The notes under the pieces: model-generated | Seen by the model: only the letters and a program-made list of their open reading frames with translations | Told to the model about the DNA's origin: nothing | Database searches by the model: none | Program-made: the position numbers and the translations under genes | Origin: Patescibacteria group bacterium | GTDB taxonomy: Bacteria > Patescibacteriota > Minisyncoccia > Minisyncoccales > PEYH01 | Assembly (NCBI GenBank): GCA_018817645.1 | Contig: JAHITK010000003.1 | Coordinates: forward strand, 9,922 to 73,921 | Direction of reading: 5' to 3' | DNA: 64,000 nt | Shown here: piece by piece, positions 9,243 to 18,651 of the stretch | How the letters are laid out: each line of letters begins with the position of its first letter | Numbering within the stretch: position 1 is the stretch's first letter

Positions 9243-9881
9243 ATGAATCTTTCATCCCAACAATTCCTGCCATTAGAACAAATAAAAGAGGGCATTATGA
9301 TATTGAAGGACCATAGTTTGAGGGGCATAATGATGGCCTCCTCCCTTAATTTCGCCCTCAAAGCCACTGACGAGCAGGAAGCGATTATTTATCAATTCCA
9401 GACATTTTTAAATGCTTTAGATTTTTCCTGCCAAATCTTTATCGCTTCAAGAAAAGTGAATATTACCGGCTATCTGGAAAAACTAAAAGAAGTGGAGAAA
9501 AAACACGAGAATGAATTGATGGCTGCCCAGACCAGGGAATACCGGAAGTTTATTGAAAAAATAGTGGCTGGCGGTTCCATCATGAATAAAAATTTCTACA
9601 TAATCGTGCCTTTTTACCTCTCGGAAATGTACGGAGGCGCTACCAAAGGAGGAATACTCACTCTAAAAGCAGCGCCGACCTTAACCGAAGAAATGTTCCA
9701 AAGGGCAAAATCTCAACTTTATCAAAGAATGGAATTTCTGTCTTTGGGCTTGAGAAGGTGCGGGGTTTGGAGCGTTGCCTTACAGAGCGAAGAATTAATA
9801 GAGCTTTTATGGAGTATGTCCCACCCCAAAGAATCCTCTGTCGGCTATTACCCGGAGATTCCGCCTGAATTAATACAATAA
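9243..9881 (+). CDS. VirB4/TraC-family N-terminal domain encoded as a separate ORF
   Basis: ILKDHSLRGIMMASSLNFALKATDEQEAI... resembles the N-terminal segment of conjugative VirB4 ATPases. The stop is 8 nt before the next ORF. Confidence 0.4.
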   Translation: MNLSSQQFLPLEQIKEGIMILKDHSLRGIMMASSLNFALKATDEQEAIIYQFQTFLNALDFSCQIFIASRKVNITGYLEKLKEVEKKHENELMAAQTREYRKFIEKIVAGGSIMNKNFYIIVPFYLSEMYGGATKGGILTLKAAPTLTEEMFQRAKSQLYQRMEFLSLGLRRCGVWSVALQSEELIELLWSMSHPKESSVGYYPEIPPELIQ

Positions 9882-9889
9882 CGAATAAA

Positions 9890-12800
9890 ATGAAACTGCC
9901 TTCTTTAAGTGAATTATTGGGAAGAAAGACGGCCTATGAAGCCGGCGCGGAACCGCAAGCAATGAATTTGCTTGATTTTATCGCTCCGCCGGCCATTACC
10001 ATCGGGTCTGATTATTTCCAAATCGGGGAAAAATTCGCCAAATCATATTTTATCTTTTCCTATCCAAGATATTTGAGCACCGGGTGGCTGGCGCCGATTA
10101 TAAACCTGGATATTCCTTTGGATATCTCCATTTTCTTTCATCCGATTGACACTGGGCTTGTTTTGAAAAAATTAAGCAAAAAGGTTACCGAGGTTCAGTC
10201 CGAGATTATGGAAAAAGAGGAAAAGGGACTGATTCGAGACCCGGTGCTGGAAACCGCGTACAAAGATATTGAGATATTAAGAGACCGGCTCCAAACAGCG
10301 CAGGAAAGAATGTTTAGGATAGGGCTTTACCTGACCATATACGCTGACGATAAAAAGGAATTGGAAAAAATAGAGGGCACGATTCGCTCGATTCTGGAAT
10401 CAAAATTGGTCTATATAAAACCAGCTCTCTACCAGCAGGACCGGGCGATGGTTTCCGCCTATCCCGCAGGCATAGACCGGCTTCAGGTGCATACCTCCAT
10501 CAATACCAGCCCGCTTTCCACAATTTTCCCTTTCGTGTCTTTTGATTTGAGTTCCAATGAAGGAATCCTTTACGGAATCAATCAGCATAACAGTTCGCTG
10601 GTCTTGTTTGACCGATTCAGCTTGGAGAACGCTAACTCGGTCGTGTTCGGAAAAAGCGGCGGCGGCAAAAGCGTTTTATCATTTGAGCCGGTGCTGATAA
10701 GCGAAAACGGCCAAACCAAAGTTGAAAATATCGGCAAAGTGGTGGAAAGAGCGATAGAAAAATACGGGTGTCAAAAAATTGACGAGGAGCTGGAAGGAGC
10801 GCTAAATCCATCCATTAAGGTTTGGAGTTTTGATAAAAATCTTAAAGGCAGTTGGTCAACAGTGACAGTCGCGGCCAGGAAAAAAGCCCCTGAAACATTT
10901 TATAAATTCAGAACCCGGAGCGGGAGAGAAGTGAGCACAACCGGAGACCATAATATGCTAATCATCAGAAACGGACAAATCGTGGCTGAGAAAAGCGCTG
11001 AAATCAAGGCAGGGGAATTCATCCCGTTGTCCAGAAAAATTTCCGAAAACTCCTCTCCGGATAAATTCATAAACCTGCTTGAATTGTTGAAAAACTCCCG
11101 CTTGATTTATATTTCCAAGGCGGAAAAAATCATTAAAAAATATTATCATCAGATAAAAAATCTTGAAGGGAATTCCTCGTTAGGGAAATATCTCTATAAA
11201 TACAAGGCTGGCCGGAGAATTCCTATTAAATATTTCTTGGAAATCATCAATTCTTTAAAAATTCCGGAAGCCGAGTTTAATGATTTGAAGATTGTTTCCA
11301 AAAACGGAGACCTCGGCAATGGTTTGAAGATAAACCTACCTATTTCAGCCGACTTATTGAAAATAATCGGTTTTATAACATCAGAAGGGACAGTGGGCGA
11401 ACACTTTATAAATATCAGCAACCAGGACGAGGGATTCATCAAGGAGTGTATGGATTCTTTCAGAAATATTGGAATCCCCTGTTATCGGACAGATAAAGCG
11501 GTTATTTGCGCCAGCCGCGTTTTCACGGAAATCATCAAATCATTGGGCGGAAAACAAAAATCCGGAAACAAAAAGGTATTGCCATTCATATTCAATGCGG
11601 AAAAAGAAAAAATCGCGCCATTTCTTTCCGCTTATTTTGAAGGAGACGGGGAGGTGGAACATAATAAAATATGTGTCACGACCAAATCAAAACAATTATC
11701 ATCTGAAATCTCTTATCTGCTTTATTATTTTGGAATCATTGCCCGGATTCAAAAGAAAATCAAATACGCAGCCAATACGAAAAAGAAACTTAAACAAACA
11801 TACTGGCAGATTTCTATATCAGGCAAAAGCGATTTGGAAAAATTTGCCCAAGAAATCGGGTTCATTTCCGGCAGAAAAACAAATAAACTGAACAGTATCA
11901 TAAAAGAAAACGGAAATACCAATGTTGATATAATTCCGGGTCTGACCTCGTTATTTGGAGAAATGTACAATGCCTGCCCTCCGCTTCTTATGGGGATGCC
12001 GGAAATTTCCGCCCTGAAGTGCGGGGTTTATAATCCTTCGCCGGATAATTTAAAAAGAATAATAGAAAAAATAGAAAAAAGGGTTGTTTATTTTAAAGAG
12101 CGGGGAGAACAAATAAAAATCCTGTCGGAATTGCCTAGAATTCAGGAATTAATTGAGCGCGGAGAAAGCGATAAATCGCTAAACAAGGAATTATGGAATT
12201 ATCTTGGCCCCAGCTGGCAACTTGTAAAAACCAACCAAGTTGACCCGGGCTTTGAAAATGTATCAAAAATCATCAATGTAATTTATGGCAATGATTATAA
12301 TCTGTCGGAAATCAAAAAAGAGATTCATCAGGGATTCAAAGAAATGGATATCTCTATTAAGGACTATAATCGCACCGTCCAGTCGGCATTAATAGACAGA
12401 CCGGATTCGAATACCAGATACCGCACCATTCAACAAGCCGGTCAGCTCATTTGGCAGAGATACCAGACAGTTTTAAGAAATGGCCTTCCAAAAATTGAGA
12501 ACACGCTTACGCGCCTAAAAACTCTGGCCAATTCTGATTTATTCTTTGATGAAATTGTCAGCATTGAAAAAATTGCCAACCAGAACGAGCAATATGTTTA
12601 TGACTTAACGGTGGACAATGAAGTGTTTCTCTGCGGGAACGGCGGAATGTTCGTGCATAATTCTTACGCTGTCAAGTTGGAGGTTTTACGGTCGTTAATG
12701 CTTGGAATTGAATCAATTATCATTGACCCGGAAAACGAGTATAAATTCCTCTCCGACGCAGTGGGCGGCAAGTTTTACAATATCTCTTTGGCCTCGGAAA

Positions 12801-13681
12801 GTCATATTAATCCTTTTGACCTGCCCGAACCGTTGGAAGGTGAAGGCCCAAAAGATGTCCTGCGCTCCAATATTATCAATTTGGTCGGGCTGATGAGAAT
12901 AATGCTTAGCGGGCTTACGCCGGAAGAGGACTCCATTATTGACCAGGCGATTAACGAAACATACGCGGCCCGCGACATTACCGCAGACACAGATCCTGTT
13001 TTATGGAAAGAAAGAGTGCCTTTGCTGGCTGATTTGGAGTCAGTGCTGGAAACAATGGAAGGCGCTGAATCGCTGGTTAAGCGATTAAGAAAATTCACCA
13101 AAGGCGTCTACGCGGGATTCTTTAATTATCCGACAAATATAATAATGGACAATCCCTTGGTCGTTTTCGGCATTAAAAACCTGGAAACGGAATTAAGGCC
13201 GTTGGCGATGTTCATTGTTATGCGCTACATCTGGAATGCCATCAAAGAGGATTTGAAAAAAAGAATCTTGGTGATTGATGAGGCCTGGTGGCTGATGCAG
13301 ACAGAGGACAGCGCCTCTTTCCTCTACGGAATTGTAAAAAGAGGCAGAAAATACTGGCTCGGCACAACCACCATCACCCAAGATGTCAATGATTTTATGA
13401 AATCAGAATACGGCCAGCCGATTATTACCAACTCTTCTCTGCAGTTATTGATGAAACAATCGCCCGCCACTATTGAAGTGGTAAAGGAAACATTCAACCT
13501 CACTGACCAGGAGAAATATCTTCTTTTGGAAGCGCCGATCGGCGAAGGAATATTTTTTGCCGGGGAAAAACATGTTTCCATCAGAGTGGTTGCTTCTTAC
13601 GCCGAAGACCAGATTATCACCACCTCGCCCGAAGAAATGATTAAAATCAAAAAACTTAAAAAAATAAGAGAAAATGCCTGA
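9890..13681 (+). CDS. VirB4/TrbE-like T4SS ATPase interrupted by an in-frame intein
   Basis: Walker A VVFGKSGGGKS then, after the insert, the VirB4 IIIDPENEY motif. Walker B ILVIDEAWWL. Extein about 600 aa. Confidence 0.8.
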   Translation: MKLPSLSELLGRKTAYEAGAEPQAMNLLDFIAPPAITIGSDYFQIGEKFAKSYFIFSYPRYLSTGWLAPIINLDIPLDISIFFHPIDTGLVLKKLSKKVTEVQSEIMEKEEKGLIRDPVLETAYKDIEILRDRLQTAQERMFRIGLYLTIYADDKKELEKIEGTIRSILESKLVYIKPALYQQDRAMVSAYPAGIDRLQVHTSINTSPLSTIFPFVSFDLSSNEGILYGINQHNSSLVLFDRFSLENANSVVFGKSGGGKSVLSFEPVLISENGQTKVENIGKVVERAIEKYGCQKIDEELEGALNPSIKVWSFDKNLKGSWSTVTVAARKKAPETFYKFRTRSGREVSTTGDHNMLIIRNGQIVAEKSAEIKAGEFIPLSRKISENSSPDKFINLLELLKNSRLIYISKAEKIIKKYYHQIKNLEGNSSLGKYLYKYKAGRRIPIKYFLEIINSLKIPEAEFNDLKIVSKNGDLGNGLKINLPISADLLKIIGFITSEGTVGEHFINISNQDEGFIKECMDSFRNIGIPCYRTDKAVICASRVFTEIIKSLGGKQKSGNKKVLPFIFNAEKEKIAPFLSAYFEGDGEVEHNKICVTTKSKQLSSEISYLLYYFGIIARIQKKIKYAANTKKKLKQTYWQISISGKSDLEKFAQEIGFISGRKTNKLNSIIKENGNTNVDIIPGLTSLFGEMYNACPPLLMGMPEISALKCGVYNPSPDNLKRIIEKIEKRVVYFKERGEQIKILSELPRIQELIERGESDKSLNKELWNYLGPSWQLVKTNQVDPGFENVSKIINVIYGNDYNLSEIKKEIHQGFKEMDISIKDYNRTVQSALIDRPDSNTRYRTIQQAGQLIWQRYQTVLRNGLPKIENTLTRLKTLANSDLFFDEIVSIEKIANQNEQYVYDLTVDNEVFLCGNGGMFVHNSYAVKLEVLRSLMLGIESIIIDPENEYKFLSDAVGGKFYNISLASESHINPFDLPEPLEGEGPKDVLRSNIINLVGLMRIMLSGLTPEEDSIIDQAINETYAARDITADTDPVLWKERVPLLADLESVLETMEGAESLVKRLRKFTKGVYAGFFNYPTNIIMDNPLVVFGIKNLETELRPLAMFIVMRYIWNAIKEDLKKRILVIDEAWWLMQTEDSASFLYGIVKRGRKYWLGTTTITQDVNDFMKSEYGQPIITNSSLQLLMKQSPATIEVVKETFNLTDQEKYLLLEAPIGEGIFFAGEKHVSIRVVASYAEDQIITTSPEEMIKIKKLKKIRENA
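10679..12661 (+). mobile_element. Intein (about 661 aa) with LAGLIDADG homing-endonuclease domain, inserted 3 residues after the P-loop
   Basis: N-splice SFEPVLISENGQ...IG (Hint block A, Ser1). Two LAGLIDADG-type motifs, LLKIIGFITSEGTV and APFLSAYFEGDGEV. C-terminal blocks VYDLTVDNEVFLCGNGGMFVHN followed by +1 Ser. Confidence 0.8.
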
Positions 13682-13973
13682 AACAATGTCGGCAATGGGG
13701 ATTATGAAACTGCTAATCGCTATCATATTGGACGGCGCTACTCTCATTTGTTTATGGTTTTACACTCTTGGTGGTCCGGGGATATTTATCGGCGAAACTC
13801 TTTCCTATGTCCCCAAAATATTAAGCTTGGTCTTTCTCGGGGGTTGGAGTTTATCAGGCAAAGATAAAAAAATAAATATGGGGAATAAGAAGGTCTTATG
13901 GAAACTTATTCCTGGAATCGGAAATCTTCCTTTTAATACTCTAAACCAGATAACCGCGCTTAACGCTGCTTAA
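13674..13973 (+). CDS. Small hydrophobic membrane protein (pilin/VirB2-like candidate)
   Basis: 99 aa, two hydrophobic helices. Overlaps the VirB4 stop by 8 nt (translational coupling). Confidence 0.35.
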   Translation: MPETMSAMGIMKLLIAIILDGATLICLWFYTLGGPGIFIGETLSYVPKILSLVFLGGWSLSGKDKKINMGNKKVLWKLIPGIGNLPFNTLNQITALNAA

Positions 13974-13994
13974 AACGATTCTTAATTTTCAACA

Positions 13995-16568
13995 ATGTCC
14001 GGTAAAAAAAACATTCTTTTTATCGCCTTGGTTTTGCTGGCTGTTTTTTTATTAACAATAATCCATTGTTCAACCGTAAGCGCAGCTAAATTAGAGAATA
14101 TCTATCCAAATATCCCAGGAGCAGTAACACCAACCACTACTGAAACGCCCCTGCCTGTATTATTCAAATATCTCTACAATCTTTCCATTATTTTAGCCGG
14201 AGTTATCGCCTTTGTGGTCACGGTCTGGGGAGGGATTAGATACATTTTAGCCGGTCCCCAGCCCGGAAAATTGACGGATGCCAGAGAGCAAATCGCTCTC
14301 GGATTTGTAGGAATGATAATTATTTTTGGCTCATATGTCATTGTAAACACCATAAATCCCGATTTCACGAAACTAACCGTAATCCTGCCGGTTAATAAAT
14401 TCACCGGCACCCTTCCGCCGCCAAGCGATACTTCTAATATTGATATCGGCCTTTTTGAGATCCCGGTCGGTTCAATCATTACCTCTGAATTCGGGGCTTC
14501 TTCTTTTCTGGCAACCACCAGCCCTGATATTGATTACGCCAATACCGAATGGCCGTCAGCCACTACCAGCACCAGCACTTATGACACCGACTTTCAGGGC
14601 GCTCTTTTCGGGGCGCGTTTAAGGCGGGTTTATGAGGTGGCAAGCACTACTGTGCCGGCGGCCCAAAAACTTCACGATTTGAGCACGGAACTCAAAGACC
14701 TTACAGATGACTGCACTTGCATGTATGAATGCCAAGGAAATTTCGCAATAGTATGTGAAACAGATGAGAATTGCGGTTGCGACGAAGGATATCTGTGCAG
14801 TGACGACACAAAAGATAAAATGAAAGAAAAAATAACGGAAATCGGGTCTTTAAAAGACGCTTTCAAGGCATTTTTAAATCCTAACTCTCTGGTGAAGGAT
14901 TATTATAATAATAACCAGTCCGATATTGACGGTCTGGATGATAATGAAATAAAAGACATCATCCAAACGATGATTGAAGTGGAAAATAAAGGAGGATACA
15001 GTCCGAAAACAGATCTTTTAGAAAGAGATGTAGGAAGAAATCTTTTTGAAATGACTTTTCTTATAAACGATATGAAGAAGATAAAAAGAATGCTTAATCC
15101 TTACGACCAGGATGTGGGATTTTTAAGTTTGCTGACCTTTGCCGAAGCCACCACCTTAGAATCCACTATGGATGTCAGCTCTACGATTTATAATTATTAT
15201 GTCACTTTTGCCTCCGGCTTGGAAAAAATTGACGAAAAAAACGACCCAGCCACTTTTTATTCCGCCGCCACCCTGCCTTACCCTTATGGACCGCCCGGCA
15301 CCCAGCCCTATAATCAGAATATCCCCGAGCCCGACCTCTTGCAATACTTAGATAAACAAAAAATATCTTATCCTGAAAATATCGCTTTCGCAGACGAGCC
15401 CTATACTCCGCCGGATGTAAAATTTAATTTTGACACCCCACCAACCACCGGCGGGGTCTGCAATTATATCGTGGAAATACCCATTGGCCGGGCTCTTGAT
15501 GAAGCCATTAAACTTGCCCAAGCCATCAATAAAGAATTATTCAATATTTTTATTAAAGGGCAGGCGGAAATAATCGGCGCTAATATGTTAATAAAGGCAG
15601 CGGAAAAATTCGCAGACCTGAAATGTGCTGACGGCTGCATTCAGCCAAAATGTTTGGAGGAACTTGGAGTACCTGGTTGTGTCCCTCCTAGTATAGTTCT
15701 TCTTGGTTGGAAATGCTATCCCAATGGGGAAACGGTGTTGTTAAACGCATATACTGGTATCGCTATGGATCTTATTAAGTTGACCACTATCCCGGGCATA
15801 AATCTCGCGCTGGACGATATTGAAACCTCATTTAAAAAATTGGACTCCCAGGAGCCGATTTTAACCGACTATGTCTGCCCAGACATAGAAGGAAATTGCC
15901 TGAGCAAAGACGGCACAGTCCAAGATGACAAAATAGAAAAAAGGGAGTATACTTTAAAAGATAAACTAATCGAGGTCCAACTTTTATTGGACCGCTCCCG
16001 AGAACTGGTGGGCCAAGCCAAAGAAAAAAGCGTTTATGAAATATTGCTGGAGGACTATATCGCTCTTGATCTTGGGGAATATTATAAAAATTTATTGGAT
16101 TACATAAGGGGGATTGACTCTATCAATAAAACCGACCTTCAGGACTGCCACATAATGTCCGGCACCATCAAAAAAATAGAGGGCAAAAACTACAGCACCT
16201 CATTGATGAATTGCCGGGATGCCAAACTCTTGGACCTGATAGATTTTCACGATAAAGAAGTGTGCAGTCCCAACCCTTACCTCGACGCCAATTTTTATTT
16301 AAACCCTGATGCACGCGCCTTACGGCCAATCAGTTGTTATTGCTATGACGAGGATGCTGACAAAAATTACTATAACAAAAGCGATTTCCCGGAACTTTAT
16401 CAGAGTGTAAGCCTTGTCATTCCCAGTTTTGCGGCTGATATAGAAGATTTAGACGCTGACGCTTTGCAGGATATGGCAAACCAATGGCAGGATGCCCGCA
16501 TAGATTTGAATAATTTCGCCGGGTTTGGTAATGATTATTTTTGCTGCATAAAGAACTATGAAGAATAA
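13995..16568 (+). CDS. Large secreted Cys-rich protein with pilin-like two-helix N-terminal module
   Basis: Signal/TM, then KYLYNLSIILAGVIAFVVTVWGGIRYILAG...LTDAREQIALGFVGMIIIFGSYVIVNTINPDF, then about 700 aa rich in Cys clusters (CTCMYECQG..CETDENCGCDEGYLC). Confidence 0.5.
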   Translation: MSGKKNILFIALVLLAVFLLTIIHCSTVSAAKLENIYPNIPGAVTPTTTETPLPVLFKYLYNLSIILAGVIAFVVTVWGGIRYILAGPQPGKLTDAREQIALGFVGMIIIFGSYVIVNTINPDFTKLTVILPVNKFTGTLPPPSDTSNIDIGLFEIPVGSIITSEFGASSFLATTSPDIDYANTEWPSATTSTSTYDTDFQGALFGARLRRVYEVASTTVPAAQKLHDLSTELKDLTDDCTCMYECQGNFAIVCETDENCGCDEGYLCSDDTKDKMKEKITEIGSLKDAFKAFLNPNSLVKDYYNNNQSDIDGLDDNEIKDIIQTMIEVENKGGYSPKTDLLERDVGRNLFEMTFLINDMKKIKRMLNPYDQDVGFLSLLTFAEATTLESTMDVSSTIYNYYVTFASGLEKIDEKNDPATFYSAATLPYPYGPPGTQPYNQNIPEPDLLQYLDKQKISYPENIAFADEPYTPPDVKFNFDTPPTTGGVCNYIVEIPIGRALDEAIKLAQAINKELFNIFIKGQAEIIGANMLIKAAEKFADLKCADGCIQPKCLEELGVPGCVPPSIVLLGWKCYPNGETVLLNAYTGIAMDLIKLTTIPGINLALDDIETSFKKLDSQEPILTDYVCPDIEGNCLSKDGTVQDDKIEKREYTLKDKLIEVQLLLDRSRELVGQAKEKSVYEILLEDYIALDLGEYYKNLLDYIRGIDSINKTDLQDCHIMSGTIKKIEGKNYSTSLMNCRDAKLLDLIDFHDKEVCSPNPYLDANFYLNPDARALRPISCYCYDEDADKNYYNKSDFPELYQSVSLVIPSFAADIEDLDADALQDMANQWQDARIDLNNFAGFGNDYFCCIKNYEE

Positions 16569-18195
16569 AAAGATAAAAAAAATCGTATTGATAATGAGCA
16601 TTTTAGCGGTTCTTTCCTGCGCCGGCTTAATATACGCCCAAGACAGCGATAGTTCGCTTGAATTAGAATATCCCACTTTAGGCGGGATGCAAGGTCCCCA
16701 AAGCACCAGCGTCAAATTAACAACCTATATCCGCTATCTTTATAACTTCGCCATTATCAGCGGCGGGCTGATCGCTTTATTGTCCCTAATTTACGGCGGA
16801 TTTCGGTTTTTGACCTCTACTGGCAATCCAGCTGCCATCACTGACGCCCGGGGACAAATTTTAGCCGGCTTCCTTGGCCTAGTGGTTATTTTGGGCTCAT
16901 ATATAATACTCAATGAACTGAATCCTGATTTAATATCTTTACGAACTCCGGGTATTACGAAACACGGAAAAGGAATAATCTTATACAACCAAGCCAACTG
17001 CGGAGGATTAGGGGATTATGCCGACACCCCTGAAACTACCGATAATATTCCAGACGGACTTCTTTATAAAGCAATAAATAGCAGCGGTTCAGCAACGCTG
17101 GGGAAAAACCAAGATGGAAAAGATATCCTGCCTGTTTCTTTATACTCTTTCCAAGATTCAGAACAATTAATAATACAATTCTATGCTAATGAAGATTGTA
17201 AAAACAATGTCCTTCCCTCGCCCAAACTACAAGCAAACCAATGCTTGGAGATTGATGCCTCCAATGTTAAATGCATAAAATTTATCTGGTACAAACCCGG
17301 GGTCTGGGTGTTCAATAGATTAGATGACGGAGGCAGTGTGCCTGACCCGGGCGACTTGCCTCTTAATTGGGAGGAAGGCAAGGACTACATAGTGGTTCAG
17401 GGCAATCAGGATTCTCTACCCGACAAGTTTAGCGACAAGGTTTTGGGCATAGCAATTGTGCCCAGTAAAGAGTCGCGGGGAGGATTAGGGCAAAACTATG
17501 GCGTAATTGCCCATAATATGTCCGGCGGTATATCGGAAGAAAAGGGCTGGGCGCATATTTATCTTCCCGGATGCGGCTCTACCAAAAAATGCAAAATGAT
17601 GAGAGGAGAGATAACCGTATTCGGTCCATTTTATGACCCCAATAAAGATTATGACTCTGACACCAATAACTACGAATTTTCCCACATCTCTTCTTTAACG
17701 ATATTTAATGTTCCAAAAACAGAGGAAACAAGCAGTAAAGAGATAAAGGTTTGCCGGCAGGATCGCTGTGAGCCGCAATGGGTGGGCGATAAGTCATATG
17801 ATGTTTCTAAAACATACTCTCCCGCAAGCGGGCTTAGAGAAATAACCGGCACTTTTGGCAAGGCGGTTTCTCCTTACAACCCCGGTAAGAGTATAATATA
17901 TGGAATAAGTTTTGAAGGCGTAGAATGGGATGGTACCAATAAAGCCATCGCAATTAGAGAGCATGACCCTAAGTTTGACGATGTACAAGAGGGAGTATCA
18001 GCTATTGAAATAGACGAAGGAGCCCATTATTTACTGCTCCTTTACGAACATTTTATTGATGATTTTTCAAAAATCAATGAAAATGTTTCCACTGACGCAG
18101 CCATTATCAATATATCCCAAACATCTTTGAGAACCATCCAGATGAATGACCGGGTGGGCACCATTATCGTTATCAGGACAGAGGCGAAGGATTAA
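16558..18195 (+). CDS. Paralogous secreted protein with the same pilin-like N-terminal module
   Basis: RYLYNFAIISGGLIALLSLIYGGFRFLTS...ITDARGQILAGFLGLVVILGSYIILNELNPDL aligns residue-for-residue with the 13995 protein. The C-terminal domain differs. Confidence 0.5.
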   Translation: MKNKKIKKIVLIMSILAVLSCAGLIYAQDSDSSLELEYPTLGGMQGPQSTSVKLTTYIRYLYNFAIISGGLIALLSLIYGGFRFLTSTGNPAAITDARGQILAGFLGLVVILGSYIILNELNPDLISLRTPGITKHGKGIILYNQANCGGLGDYADTPETTDNIPDGLLYKAINSSGSATLGKNQDGKDILPVSLYSFQDSEQLIIQFYANEDCKNNVLPSPKLQANQCLEIDASNVKCIKFIWYKPGVWVFNRLDDGGSVPDPGDLPLNWEEGKDYIVVQGNQDSLPDKFSDKVLGIAIVPSKESRGGLGQNYGVIAHNMSGGISEEKGWAHIYLPGCGSTKKCKMMRGEITVFGPFYDPNKDYDSDTNNYEFSHISSLTIFNVPKTEETSSKEIKVCRQDRCEPQWVGDKSYDVSKTYSPASGLREITGTFGKAVSPYNPGKSIIYGISFEGVEWDGTNKAIAIREHDPKFDDVQEGVSAIEIDEGAHYLLLLYEHFIDDFSKINENVSTDAAIINISQTSLRTIQMNDRVGTIIVIRTEAKD

Positions 18196-18650
18196 GCCGG
18201 CTTGATAATGATTTTGCGGTAAGGGTCTGTGCCGATGCTCTCGGTTTTAACATCGCTTCTCTCTTGAAGTTCCATATGAATAATCCTCCTTTCGTAAGCT
18301 GACATCGGTTTCAGCTCTTTTTCTTGTTTGGAAAAAGCCACATCATCAGCATAACTTCTGGCAATGTCTTTTAAATAATCGAGCTTCTTTTTCTTATAAT
18401 CATTGATATCTAAATCAATGTAAAACTCCTCTTTGAATTTTTTCCTTAAAAACTTGTTCAATAAGCTCTGAATCTCAAAAAGAGTCCGGCCATTGTCGCC
18501 AATCAGGGTTTGAGGCTCTTCGGTCTGAATTGAAACCGGCATAGAAGAATCAGACATTTCTTCAACAGATACTTTGACTTCAAAAGTGGTTTTTTTAAAA
18601 AATTCCTCAACCGCTTTTTTGACTTTTTGGCTTAATTTTCTTTCAAACAT
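18192..18650 (-). CDS. jag: Jag/KhpB-like R3H RNA-binding protein
   Basis: C-terminal R3H-like YERRIIHMELQERSDVKTESIG. Conserved position next to yidC. Confidence 0.7.
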   Translation of the reverse strand: MFERKLSQKVKKAVEEFFKKTTFEVKVSVEEMSDSSMPVSIQTEEPQTLIGDNGRTLFEIQSLLNKFLRKKFKEEFYIDLDINDYKKKKLDYLKDIARSYADDVAFSKQEKELKPMSAYERRIIHMELQERSDVKTESIGTDPYRKIIIKPA

Positions 18651-18651
18651 A

